From a virus (Duplodnaviria; Caudoviricetes), in IMG/VR virus record IMGVR_UViG_3300031965_000659, positions 1 through 31,071 of that record: DNA of 31,071 bases; one strand, given 5' to 3'. The position numbers were made by a program, and so were the translations under genes. Below, one piece after another: positions 16,472 to 24,910 of this stretch. A model generated the notes under the pieces. It did no database searches, was not told the DNA's origin, and saw only the letters and a list, made by a program, of their open reading frames with translations. Each line of letters starts with the position of its first letter. Position 1 is the stretch's first letter.

Positions 16472-18905
16472 GAAGAGGGTCAGCGTCCGCTTGGTGGCGG
16501 AAGGCGGACGACAGGTGCGGGCCGAGCTGGAAGGCATCGGCGATGCTGGCGCGCGGGGGTTCGGCCGTCTGTCGACCGAGATGGAACTGGCCAATGCCCG
16601 GCTTGGCAGCTTCGCCCGCAAGGCCGGGATCGCGCTTGCCGCAGTGACCGCCGCCGCCGCCGCTGCGGGCGTGGCGATGGTTCGGTCGGGTCTCGCCAAT
16701 GTCGACGCGCAGGCCAAGCTCGCGCAATCGATGCAGACCACGGTCGAAAGCGTCCAGACCCTGACATGGGCCGGGGAACTGGCGGGCGTGTCGATGGGTG
16801 AGATCGAACAGGCGACGAAAAAGCTGACCACCCGGTTGTCGGAAGCGGCGACCGGGTCGGGATCGGCCGTGGCGGCCCTGCAACGACTGAACCTGACGGC
16901 CGCGCAATTGCAGGCCATGCCGCTCGACCAGCGCATCGTGGCCATTCAGGAAGCGCTGAACCAGTTCGTGCCGGAAGCCGAACGCGCCGCTGTAGCGTCT
17001 GACCTTTTCGGCGATCGGGCCGCACTGGCTTTCCTTCGCATCGATCCGACAACCCTGCGCGAGGCTGCGCAGGATGTGCGGGATTTTGGGGTGGCCGTCA
17101 GCGCTAGTGACGCCGCCCAGATCGAGCGCACCGGCGATGCCATCGCACGCCTCAGCCTGATCTGGACCGGTCTCGTCAACCGCCTGACTGTCGCCGTCGC
17201 ACCGGCCCTCGAGACCATCGCCACCAAGCTCGCTGACATGGCGCGGGCGACCGGCCCAATCGGTCAGGCTATCACGGCGCTGTTCGACAACATCGGGCGG
17301 CTGACGACCTATGCCGCGACCTTCGCGGGCATCATGGCCGGGCGCTGGGTGGCGGGCATGGTGGCGGCGGCGCTGTCCGTGCGCGGGCTGGCCACGGCAC
17401 TGGTCTTCCTGCGCGGGGCGCTGATCCGGACCGGCATCGGCGCGCTGATCGTCGGAGCGGGCGAATTGGTCTACCAGTTCTCGCAACTTGTCGCCCGTGT
17501 CGGTGGTGTGGGCGAAGCGTTCCGCCTGCTGGGCGACCTTGCCAAGGAGGTCTGGTCGCGCATCGGTCTGTCACTCGATGCGGCCTTTGCCAATATGGCC
17601 GCTGGCTGGGAGCGGCTGAAGGCGGCCGGGCTCTCGGCGCTTGAAGGAACCATCGCGGGCGTCGTCAGTTTCGGCGACCGGACCGCCGCCATCTTCCAAG
17701 GGGCGTATGATGCGGCGGTCGCAATCTGGGGCAGTCTGCCCGGTGCCATCGGCGATTTCGCCTTCCAGGCCGCGAACGGGCTGATCTCGGGCGTCGAAGC
17801 GATGCTGAACGGCGTCGTCACCCGGATCAACAATTTCATCAACGGGTTGAACGCCGCGCTGGATCTTCTGCCCGACTGGGCGGTGGGCGAAGGCGGGGTG
17901 CGGATCGGCACGCTTGGCCCGGTCGAACTGGCGCGGATCGACAACCCGTTCGAGGGGGCCGCAACTGCCGCCGGGGCGGCCGCAGCAGATGCATTTTCGG
18001 CGGCGCTATCGCGGACCTATCTCGAGCCACCCGACCTCGGGCTTGGCACGATGGCAGATGACGCGCGTGGCCGGGCCGATGGCTATCGCGAAGCGGGTGG
18101 CATGTTGGCCGATGCTGCCGGCCGTCCACTGGCCAGTTGGCAGGCCTTGCGCGACGCGGTGACCGGCACAGGGGCGGAGGCAGAAGCCGCGCTGGCAGAT
18201 GCCGCCAGTTCGGCGGATGCCCTGAACACAGAACTGGACGACACTGCAGCCGCTGCCGGAAGTGCCGGTGCGGCTGCGCGCGAGGCCGGGGCGGACGCTG
18301 CCGCAGGGGCTGACCAGGCCGCGACCGGCTGGGGTGCGGTGACCGCAGCACTCGCCGACTATGCCGCCAAGGCGCGCAACATCGGCGGTGATATCGGCCA
18401 GGCACTGGTCAGCGCCTTCACCTCGGCCGAGAATGCAGTCGGCGAGTTCGTCAAGACCGGCAAGCTGGATTTCCGTGATCTGGTCACGTCGATGATCGCC
18501 GATCTGGCAAAACTGGCGGCCCGGCGCTTCATCCTCGGGCCGATTGCCAATGCGCTGTCCGGGGCCCTCGGCGGTGCGGGCGGGATCTTCGCCAACATCC
18601 TGCATGCGGGTGGCATGGTCGGATCGCCGGGCCCGGGTCGCATGGTCCCAGCCATTGCCTTCGCCAATGCGCCACGGATGCATTCGGGTGGCTGGGCCGG
18701 GATCAAGCCCGATGAGGTTCCCGCGATCCTGCAACGGGGCGAGCGGGTTCTGTCGCGCCGGGAAGCGGCGGGCTACGGCCAGACCAGCGCGCCCGCCGTC
18801 AACGTCACAATCATGGCGCGCGACGCCGAAAGCTTCCGGCAATCCCGGACGCAGGTGGCAAGCGACATTGCCCGTGCTGTGTCGCTGGGCCGGAGGGGCA
18901 TGTGA
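16464..18905 (+). CDS. Tape measure protein
   Basis: 813 aa Ala/Gly-rich helical protein; C-terminal MHSGG...EVPAILQRGERVLS. Confidence 0.92.
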   Translation: MAEKRVSVRLVAEGGRQVRAELEGIGDAGARGFGRLSTEMELANARLGSFARKAGIALAAVTAAAAAAGVAMVRSGLANVDAQAKLAQSMQTTVESVQTLTWAGELAGVSMGEIEQATKKLTTRLSEAATGSGSAVAALQRLNLTAAQLQAMPLDQRIVAIQEALNQFVPEAERAAVASDLFGDRAALAFLRIDPTTLREAAQDVRDFGVAVSASDAAQIERTGDAIARLSLIWTGLVNRLTVAVAPALETIATKLADMARATGPIGQAITALFDNIGRLTTYAATFAGIMAGRWVAGMVAAALSVRGLATALVFLRGALIRTGIGALIVGAGELVYQFSQLVARVGGVGEAFRLLGDLAKEVWSRIGLSLDAAFANMAAGWERLKAAGLSALEGTIAGVVSFGDRTAAIFQGAYDAAVAIWGSLPGAIGDFAFQAANGLISGVEAMLNGVVTRINNFINGLNAALDLLPDWAVGEGGVRIGTLGPVELARIDNPFEGAATAAGAAAADAFSAALSRTYLEPPDLGLGTMADDARGRADGYREAGGMLADAAGRPLASWQALRDAVTGTGAEAEAALADAASSADALNTELDDTAAAAGSAGAAAREAGADAAAGADQAATGWGAVTAALADYAAKARNIGGDIGQALVSAFTSAENAVGEFVKTGKLDFRDLVTSMIADLAKLAARRFILGPIANALSGALGGAGGIFANILHAGGMVGSPGPGRMVPAIAFANAPRMHSGGWAGIKPDEVPAILQRGERVLSRREAAGYGQTSAPAVNVTIMARDAESFRQSRTQVASDIARAVSLGRRGM

Positions 18906-19531
18906 TGGCATTCCATGAAGTCAGGTTTCCCGACAACATCAGCCGCGGGGCGCGCGGCGGGCCGGAACGGCGCACGCAGATCGTCGAGCTGGCCTCTGGT
19001 GATGAGGAGCGCAACGCCAGCTGGGCGAACAGCCGCCGACGGTACGACGTCGCCTATGGCATCCGTCGCGCCGACGAAGTGGCGGCGGTCGTGGCCTTCT
19101 TCGAGGCCCGCAATGGCCGCCTGCACGGCTTTCGTTACAAGGACTGGGCGGACTACAAGTCCTGCCTGCCGTCGCAGGCGATAGCCCCGACCAACCAGCC
19201 CATCGGCACCGGCAATGGCGCGGTCAACACCTTCGCCTTGCTGAAGCGCTACACCTCCGGCGCGCAAAGCTGGACCCGCGCGATTGCCAAGCCGGTCGCG
19301 GGCAGTGTTCGCGTCGCCCTGAACGGCGTCGAGCAGATGACCGGCTGGAGCGTCAACACCGCCACTGGCAGCGTCACCTTCACCACCGCCCCCGGCGCGA
19401 GCGTGGCCATCACGGCAGGCTTCGAATTCGACGTCCCCGTCCGCTTCGACACCGACATGCTCGACGTCACCCTCGACCTCGAGCGGCTGGGGTCGATCAC
19501 ATCCATCCCGCTGCTGGAGATCCGGCGATGA
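18905..19531 (+). CDS. Distal tail protein, DUF2460 (GTA g12-like)
   Basis: FHEVRFP, GGPERRT, FFEARNGRLHGFR, AGFEFDVPVRFD. Confidence 0.92.
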   Translation: MAFHEVRFPDNISRGARGGPERRTQIVELASGDEERNASWANSRRRYDVAYGIRRADEVAAVVAFFEARNGRLHGFRYKDWADYKSCLPSQAIAPTNQPIGTGNGAVNTFALLKRYTSGAQSWTRAIAKPVAGSVRVALNGVEQMTGWSVNTATGSVTFTTAPGASVAITAGFEFDVPVRFDTDMLDVTLDLERLGSITSIPLLEIRR

Positions 19532-19878
19532 ACGAAGAAACTGGCTTCATCGCCGCCGCGCTGCGCGACCTGGCGACCTCCACTGCAGTCATCTTGGCGG
19601 CTTGGGGTGCACTGGGCGGGGCCACCAACGCCCTGACCACCCGGATGCGGCTGCGCGATGCCCTGCGCCACATCCTGCTCGGCGGTCTGATCGCGGCAGG
19701 GATGGGCAGCCTGTCAATGGCGGTCATCACCGCTTGGCTCGGCCTGCCATCGCAAGCGATCCCGGCCGGGGGTGCGGCGGGGTCGGCCGCCTATCTGGTC
19801 GGCGTCTTCGGCCCCGCCTTCATCGAGGTCGTGCTCGCCCGGTTGCGCAGCGGCAAGGGGGGCGACAGCGATGCATGA
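19528..19878 (+). CDS. Putative holin
   Basis: 116 aa, about 3 hydrophobic segments, basic C-terminus, upstream of lysozyme. Confidence 0.6.
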   Translation: MNEETGFIAAALRDLATSTAVILAAWGALGGATNALTTRMRLRDALRHILLGGLIAAGMGSLSMAVITAWLGLPSQAIPAGGAAGSAAYLVGVFGPAFIEVVLARLRSGKGGDSDA

Positions 19879-20002
19879 ACTGCTCCGCCTCGCACGCTCC
19901 CTCCGCTGCGATGCCGCCGATCCGGGCCGGGCCTTCAGCCATCGCCTGCGCATCGGCCTTCTGGTCGCCGCGCTGATCCTGATCCTCTCACTTCTCGGGT
20001 GA
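19871..20002 (+). CDS. Small membrane peptide (43 aa) in lysis cassette
   Basis: Overlaps holin stop; C-terminal IGLLVAALILILSLLG. Confidence 0.5.
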   Translation: MHELLRLARSLRCDAADPGRAFSHRLRIGLLVAALILILSLLG

Positions 20003-20006
20003 TCCC

Positions 20007-20684
20007 ATGCACATGACTGACCGGGGCCTGCTGGCCCTCGGCCGGCACGAAGGACTCGTGCCCGGACCCTATCTCGATGTCAAAAACGTCTGGACCTTCG
20101 GCATCGGCCACACCGCCGCCGCCGGTTCCCCCGATCCGGCACGAATGCCGCGCGGCATGCCCGCCGATCTCGATGCCGGGATCCGCGAGGCGTTCCGGCT
20201 CTTCCGCGCCGACATCGTGGCTTACGAGGCTGAAGTGCTGCGCGTCGTGAAGGTGCCGCTGGAACCGCACGAGTTCGATGCGCTGGTCAGCTTCCACTAC
20301 AACACTGGCGGCATCGCCAAGGCCTCGCTGACCCGCCATCTGAACGCGGGCAACCGCGCCGCCGCCGCGCAGGGGTTCATGGGCTGGCTCCGGCCCGCCG
20401 CGATCCGCACGCGGCGCGAGGCGGAACGGGACCTGTTCCGCGATGGCCGTTATCCGACCGGCACGATCCCGGTCTGGGCGGTGGACCGCAACGGACGGGT
20501 GGATTTCTCGCGACCGCTCCGACGCCTGACCGAGGCCGAGGCGCTGGCGCTGCTGCGTCCGACACGCCTGCCAGTGAAGCCCGCAATCCCCACCGAACCG
20601 CCATCGCCACCTGCGTCCATGCCGCCGCTTGGCTGGCTCGCGCGCCTCGCCACCTTCTTCTCCAACCTCACCCGGAGGGTCTGA
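20007..20684 (+). CDS. Endolysin, GH24 lysozyme
   Basis: E-x8-D-x5-T (HEGLVPGPYLDVKNVWTFGIGHT), FDALVSFHYNTG, RREAERDLF. Confidence 0.92.
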   Translation: MHMTDRGLLALGRHEGLVPGPYLDVKNVWTFGIGHTAAAGSPDPARMPRGMPADLDAGIREAFRLFRADIVAYEAEVLRVVKVPLEPHEFDALVSFHYNTGGIAKASLTRHLNAGNRAAAAQGFMGWLRPAAIRTRREAERDLFRDGRYPTGTIPVWAVDRNGRVDFSRPLRRLTEAEALALLRPTRLPVKPAIPTEPPSPPASMPPLGWLARLATFFSNLTRRV

Positions 20685-20687
20685 CCC

Positions 20688-20921
20688 ATGCGCTATTTCC
20701 AACCGACCTCGCTGACCTGGTGGGCGGGACTGCTCGCGGTGCTGACCGGCGGCGGCGCCCTGTTGCTGCCCGACCAGGGCCAGCTTGCCGAACTGGCCCG
20801 CCTCGTCGCGATCCTCGCCGGGGCCGGGGATGACTCGCCGATGACCCTGATTACCCTTGGTCTTGGCCTGATCGGGCTGCGCGACCGGATCGAGCGCGGG
20901 TTCCGGTGGGAGGGGCGATGA
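20688..20921 (+). CDS. Small membrane protein, lysis-associated
   Basis: 77 aa with hydrophobic segments; ATGA-coupled to hub gene. Confidence 0.55.
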   Translation: MRYFQPTSLTWWAGLLAVLTGGGALLLPDQGQLAELARLVAILAGAGDDSPMTLITLGLGLIGLRDRIERGFRWEGR

Positions 20922-22408
20922 AGACGCTTTCGCCCGCGCTTCAAGCACATCTCGACGAGGGCACGACGACGCTGGCCTGGTGCTGGAAGATCACTCCGGT
21001 GCGGGGACCGCTGCCCGACATCGCCTTCACCAACAGCTTCATGTGGCCGGATGGCGACCCCTACGACTGGCACAGCGCAACGCAGGCCAGCTGGCGGCAA
21101 CGGCTGCCGCCGCGCTACGGCACCTGGCAGATCGCGCCATTCAACCCGGGGGCGTCGAACGTCGCTGCCTTCAAGACCAGCCCCTGGTATGGCGACAAGA
21201 CTGGTGGCCACCATTCCGGCGACTGGTCCTGCTATTTCGACATCGACGTGTCGGAGATCCCGGCGGGCAGCCAGATCACCTATTCCGACATCATCGAGCG
21301 AGGCGGTACCTACGACAGCGTTGGCGCGAACAGCATCGTGACCTTCAAATGGTTCACTTTGGCGCAGACGCTGACCTTCGACGGCACCGGCAAGTTTCTG
21401 GCTCAGTCCGGCACGAGCCTTTCGCCAAGCATCAACAACATTCTGAATGGCCCTTTCGCCGCCGTGCCGCGCAGCTTGACCGTCACGGTGCCCGCCGGGG
21501 CACGGATGATCCGGCTGCACACCGAGACGGAGGGGATCTTCAACACATTTGGTTTCGTGGGCTGGAATGTGATTTACAATCCGGTGCTGTCCATCAGCGC
21601 CTGCTCCCCGGACGGCGCCCTCGGCTTTACCGACCACGATCGGTCCCTCAGCTTCGACGGCACCGACTTCGAACCCGAGAGCGGCTTCGCCGCCTCGGAA
21701 GTGCGCGCGGGCTCCGATCTCTCGGTCGATGCGCAGGACGCCCAAGGCGTGCTCACCTCCGACCGGATCACCGAGACCGACATCCTCGACGGCCGCTGGG
21801 ACAATGCGGCGGTCGAGGTCTGGCGGGTGAACTGGGCCGATCCAGGCCAGCGCCTGTTGATGCGGCGCGGCGCCATCGGTCAGATCCGGCGCGGGCGGCT
21901 GGCCTTCGTGGCCGAGGTGCGCAGCCTCGCCCATGTCCTCGGCCAGACGGTCGGGCGGACGTTTCAGGCCTCTTGCGATGCAGCGCTTGGCGATGCGCGC
22001 TGTGGCGTCGATCTCGATGCCCCGGCCTTCATGGGCACCGGCGCGGTGATCGACCCGCTGCGCGACCGCGCTTTCACCGCCTCCGGCCTCGCAGGCTTTG
22101 CGGCAAGCTGGTTCGCCTTCGGCACCCTTGACTGGACCAGCGGCGCCAATGCCGGACGGCGGGCCGAGGTGCTGGCGCATGACCTCGTCGACGGCGTCGC
22201 CGTGCTGACGCTGCTGGAAGCCCCGGTGCGTGCCATCGGCGGGTCGGACACCTTCACCATCCGCGCCGGGTGCGACAAGCGCATCGCGACCTGCGCGACG
22301 AGGTTCGCCAATGTCGCGAACTTCCGGGGCTTTCCCAGCATACCGGGTCAAGATGCCGTCCTTCGCTATGCGACCAGAGACGGCGGTCATGAAGGAGATG
22401 TGTTGTGA
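20918..22408 (+). CDS. Baseplate hub, DUF2163 (GTA g13-like), with ~200-aa insertion
   Basis: TTTLAWCW, GFTDHD, C-x7-C, GCDKRIATC..F.N..NFRGFP; 496 aa. Confidence 0.92.
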   Translation: MKTLSPALQAHLDEGTTTLAWCWKITPVRGPLPDIAFTNSFMWPDGDPYDWHSATQASWRQRLPPRYGTWQIAPFNPGASNVAAFKTSPWYGDKTGGHHSGDWSCYFDIDVSEIPAGSQITYSDIIERGGTYDSVGANSIVTFKWFTLAQTLTFDGTGKFLAQSGTSLSPSINNILNGPFAAVPRSLTVTVPAGARMIRLHTETEGIFNTFGFVGWNVIYNPVLSISACSPDGALGFTDHDRSLSFDGTDFEPESGFAASEVRAGSDLSVDAQDAQGVLTSDRITETDILDGRWDNAAVEVWRVNWADPGQRLLMRRGAIGQIRRGRLAFVAEVRSLAHVLGQTVGRTFQASCDAALGDARCGVDLDAPAFMGTGAVIDPLRDRAFTASGLAGFAASWFAFGTLDWTSGANAGRRAEVLAHDLVDGVAVLTLLEAPVRAIGGSDTFTIRAGCDKRIATCATRFANVANFRGFPSIPGQDAVLRYATRDGGHEGDVL

Positions 22409-22524
22409 CGCATATCCCCGGCCAGGGTGAGGCGGATCAGCAGACAGTCCGGGGGACTGTCTGCCCGCCGAACGGGCGGCGTTATGCCACCAAGGACGGC
22501 GGGCACGAGGGGGCGGTGCTTTGA
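22409..22524 (+). pseudogene. Orphan duplicate of the hub 3' end
   Basis: HIPGQ-[18 aa]-RYATKDGGHEGAVL* versus hub SIPGQ-DAVL-RYATRDGGHEGDVL*. Confidence 0.85.
22426..22474. repeat. Short palindromic element
   Basis: Perfect 11-bp stem GCAGACAGTCC-GGG-GGACTGTCTGC (22440-22464) with outer GGCGG/CCGCC arms. Confidence 0.75.
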
Positions 22525-22967
22525 ACCGGCCCCAGTCCATCGCCGATCCTGCCCGCGTCATCGCCGTTGCCCGGTCCTGGCTGGGCACGCCTTACCACGA
22601 TCAGGCCAGCCTGAAGGGCGTCGGCTGCGACTGCCTCGGTCTGGCGCGCGGTGTCTGGCGCGCGGTGGTGGGCTCCGAACCATTCCCGATCCCGCCCTAT
22701 AGCCGGGACTGGGGTGAGAGCGGCCCGCTTGAAGTTCTGGCCGCTGGTGCGCGGGCGATGATGCCGGAAATCGCACCCGTCGATGCCATACCCGGTGCGC
22801 TGATCCTGTTCCGCATGATGCCGCGCGCCATCGCCAAGCATGTGGGCATCCTGACCAGCCCCGACACCTTTCTCCACGCCTATGAGCGGCTCGGCGTGAT
22901 CGAGGAACCGCTCTCCCCGACCTGGCGACGCCGTATCGCCTTCGCTTTCCTCTTTCCCCAACGCTGA
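22521..22967 (+). CDS. NlpC/P60 peptidase (GTA g14-like)
   Basis: ARSWLGTPYH, GCDCLGL (Cys), KHVGI (His), FLHA; TTG start. Confidence 0.92.
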   Translation: MNRPQSIADPARVIAVARSWLGTPYHDQASLKGVGCDCLGLARGVWRAVVGSEPFPIPPYSRDWGESGPLEVLAAGARAMMPEIAPVDAIPGALILFRMMPRAIAKHVGILTSPDTFLHAYERLGVIEEPLSPTWRRRIAFAFLFPQR

Positions 22968-22976
22968 GAGAACACT

Positions 22977-23012
22977 ATGGCCACGCTCGTCCTCGGCGCG
23001 GCCGGCGCCGCG
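22977..23012 (+). pseudogene. Abortive duplicate of megatron 5' end
   Basis: ATGGCCACGCTCGTCCTCGGCGC (23 bp) identical to 24911-24933; MATLVLGAAGAA. Confidence 0.85.
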
Positions 23013-23022
23013 TTACTCGGCG

Positions 23023-24588
23023 TCAGTCGCACGCTCTATAGCCAGAGGCAAGGCACTCCCGCGCCCGCCGCTGCGCTTCGGAGATGTCGGCGGCGGTCAT
23101 GGTGGCGGCGATCGCGTCGCGCTGGGAAGCGGCTTCTGCAACGCCATTGGAGCCCGCGATATTGGCCCACATATGGGCGGTGACAAAGTCCTGCGGCACA
23201 CCCGTGCCCTTGGCATACACGAGGGCGAGGTTGAACTGCGCCCCGGCCTCGCCCTGATCGGCCGCGAGGCGGTAGAGCCGCACCGCCTCGGTATCATCCT
23301 GCGGCACGCCCTCGCCATTGTGATACATGAAGCCGAGGTTGAGCTGCGCATCGGCATTGCCCTGATCGGCCGCGAGGCGGTAGAGCCGTGCCGCCTCGGT
23401 ATAATCCCACGGCACGCCCTCGCCCTTGTAATACATGAGGCCGAGATCGCGCTGCCCCACGGCATTGCCCTGATCGGCCGCGAGGCGGTAGAGCCGTGCC
23501 GCTTCGGCATGGTCCTGCGGCACGCCAGCGCCACTGGCATACATGAAGCCGAGGTTGAGCTGCGCCTTGGCATGGCCCTGATCGGCCGCGAGGCGAAAGA
23601 GCCGTGCCGCCGCGGCATGGTCCTGCGGCACACCCTCGCCACTGGCATACATGAAGCCGAGGTTGAACTGCCCCCTGGCATCGCCCTGATCGGCTGCGAG
23701 GCGGTAGAGCCGCGCCGCCTCGGCATCGTCCTGCGGAACACCCTTGCCCGTGGCATACATGAAGCCGATGTTGAACTGCGCCTCGGCCACGCCCTGATCG
23801 GCCGCGAGGCGGTAGAGCCGCGCCGCCTCGGTATCATCCTGCGGCACGCCCTCGCCATAGTAATACATGACGCCGAGATAGAACTGCGCCTCGGTATCGC
23901 CCTGATCGGCCGCGAGGCGGTAGAGCCGTGCTGCCTCGGCATAATCCCGCGGCACGCCCTCGCCCTTGTAATACATGAGGCCGAGGTGGAACTGCGCATC
24001 GGCCACGCCCTGATCGGCCGCGAGGCGGTAGAGCCGCGCCGCCTCGGCATAATCCTGCGGCACACCCTCGCCATTGTAATACATGAGGCCGAGGAGGAAC
24101 TGCGCCTTGGCATGGTCCTGATCGGCCGCGAGGCGGTAGAGCCGCGCCGCCTCGGTATCATCCTGCGGCACGCCCTTTCCCACGGAATACATGATGCCGA
24201 GTTTGAACTGCGCCCCGGCCTCGCCCTGATCCGCCGCGAGGCGGAAGAGCCGCGCCGCCTCGGCCCGGTCCTGCGGCACACCCTCGCCCTCGTAATACAT
24301 GAGGCCGAGGAGGTACTGCGCCATGGTATTGCCCTGATCGGCCGCGAGGCGGTAGAGCCGCACCGCCTCGGCATCGTCCTGCGGAACACCCTTGCCCGTG
24401 GCATACATGAAGCCGAGGTTGAACTGCGCCTCGGCATCGCCCGCCTCCGCCAGTGGCCCCCATTCCGCCGCTGCGGCGGCATGGTCGCCCGCTTGATAGG
24501 CGGTATGACCTGCCGCGAAATCCGCCCTCGCGGCGCCTGCCACAAGCCCCAGCCCGATCACGCCTGCCAAAATCCAGGTTCTGCGCAT
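23023..24588 (-). CDS. Secreted Sel1-like repeat protein, 12 repeats
   Basis: Signal peptide MRRTWILAGVIGLGLVAGAARA; 12 x 36-aa AQxxLGxMYxxGxGVPQDxxEAARLYRLAADQG; GGAGGG RBS. Confidence 0.95.
   Translation of the reverse strand: MRRTWILAGVIGLGLVAGAARADFAAGHTAYQAGDHAAAAAEWGPLAEAGDAEAQFNLGFMYATGKGVPQDDAEAVRLYRLAADQGNTMAQYLLGLMYYEGEGVPQDRAEAARLFRLAADQGEAGAQFKLGIMYSVGKGVPQDDTEAARLYRLAADQDHAKAQFLLGLMYYNGEGVPQDYAEAARLYRLAADQGVADAQFHLGLMYYKGEGVPRDYAEAARLYRLAADQGDTEAQFYLGVMYYYGEGVPQDDTEAARLYRLAADQGVAEAQFNIGFMYATGKGVPQDDAEAARLYRLAADQGDARGQFNLGFMYASGEGVPQDHAAAARLFRLAADQGHAKAQLNLGFMYASGAGVPQDHAEAARLYRLAADQGNAVGQRDLGLMYYKGEGVPWDYTEAARLYRLAADQGNADAQLNLGFMYHNGEGVPQDDTEAVRLYRLAADQGEAGAQFNLALVYAKGTGVPQDFVTAHMWANIAGSNGVAEAASQRDAIAATMTAADISEAQRRARECLASGYRACD
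23143..24438 (-). repeat. Tandem 108-bp coding repeats (12 units)
   Basis: CCTGATCGGCCGCGAGGCGGTAGAGCCG, with minor variants, recurs at 108-bp period. Confidence 0.95.
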
Positions 24589-24694
24589 CCGCGCCCTCCA
24601 TCGCAAATTCTGCGCACCCTAGCCGCAAAAGCGCAGCCACTGCCAGCGCTTTCCGGCCATGACCTGATACATGCGCCCGACTTCCAAGCCCAGG

Positions 24695-24757
24695 ATCAAC
24701 GTCCCCGGTCTCTCGGGCGCCGTCGCGGGCTACGCCATCACCACGCTCGCGCAACAT
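24695..24757 (+). pseudogene. Decayed internal fragment of a megatron-like gene
   Basis: INVPGLSGAVAGYAITTL versus IDVSGLWGAVEGYAITAL at 27278-27331; 44/54 nt identical by hand alignment. Confidence 0.8.
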
Positions 24758-24910
24758 TGCAACGCGTCAGCATGATTGGGACCAGTGCGTCGCGGAGTTC
24801 ATCAAGGCCTGCGGTCAGAAAAGAGCGCGCCAGCGGGCCGAACACATGACCGCAAGCCGTAGTGATCACGACCACCAAGAAAACCCTTGCAGAAACGGAG
24901 CTACCCTCTC

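Noticed and set aside
20996-21607. Intein or intron in the hub gene
   Set aside because: No N-terminal C/S plus C-terminal HN-[C/S/T] splice motifs, no homing endonuclease motif, and the frame is continuous.
23143-24438. CRISPR-like array
   Set aside because: Exact 108-bp period, intervening parts are homologous and in frame; no cas genes. These are coding Sel1 repeats.
23143-24438. Diversity-generating retroelement behind Sel1 variation
   Set aside because: Some variants resemble AAC-codon changes, but non-adenine positions vary too and no reverse transcriptase or template repeat is in the window.
23097-24849. Long alternative-frame and antisense ORFs over Sel1 (482 and 558 aa)
   Set aside because: A stop-free repeat unit propagates open frames; no independent coding signals.
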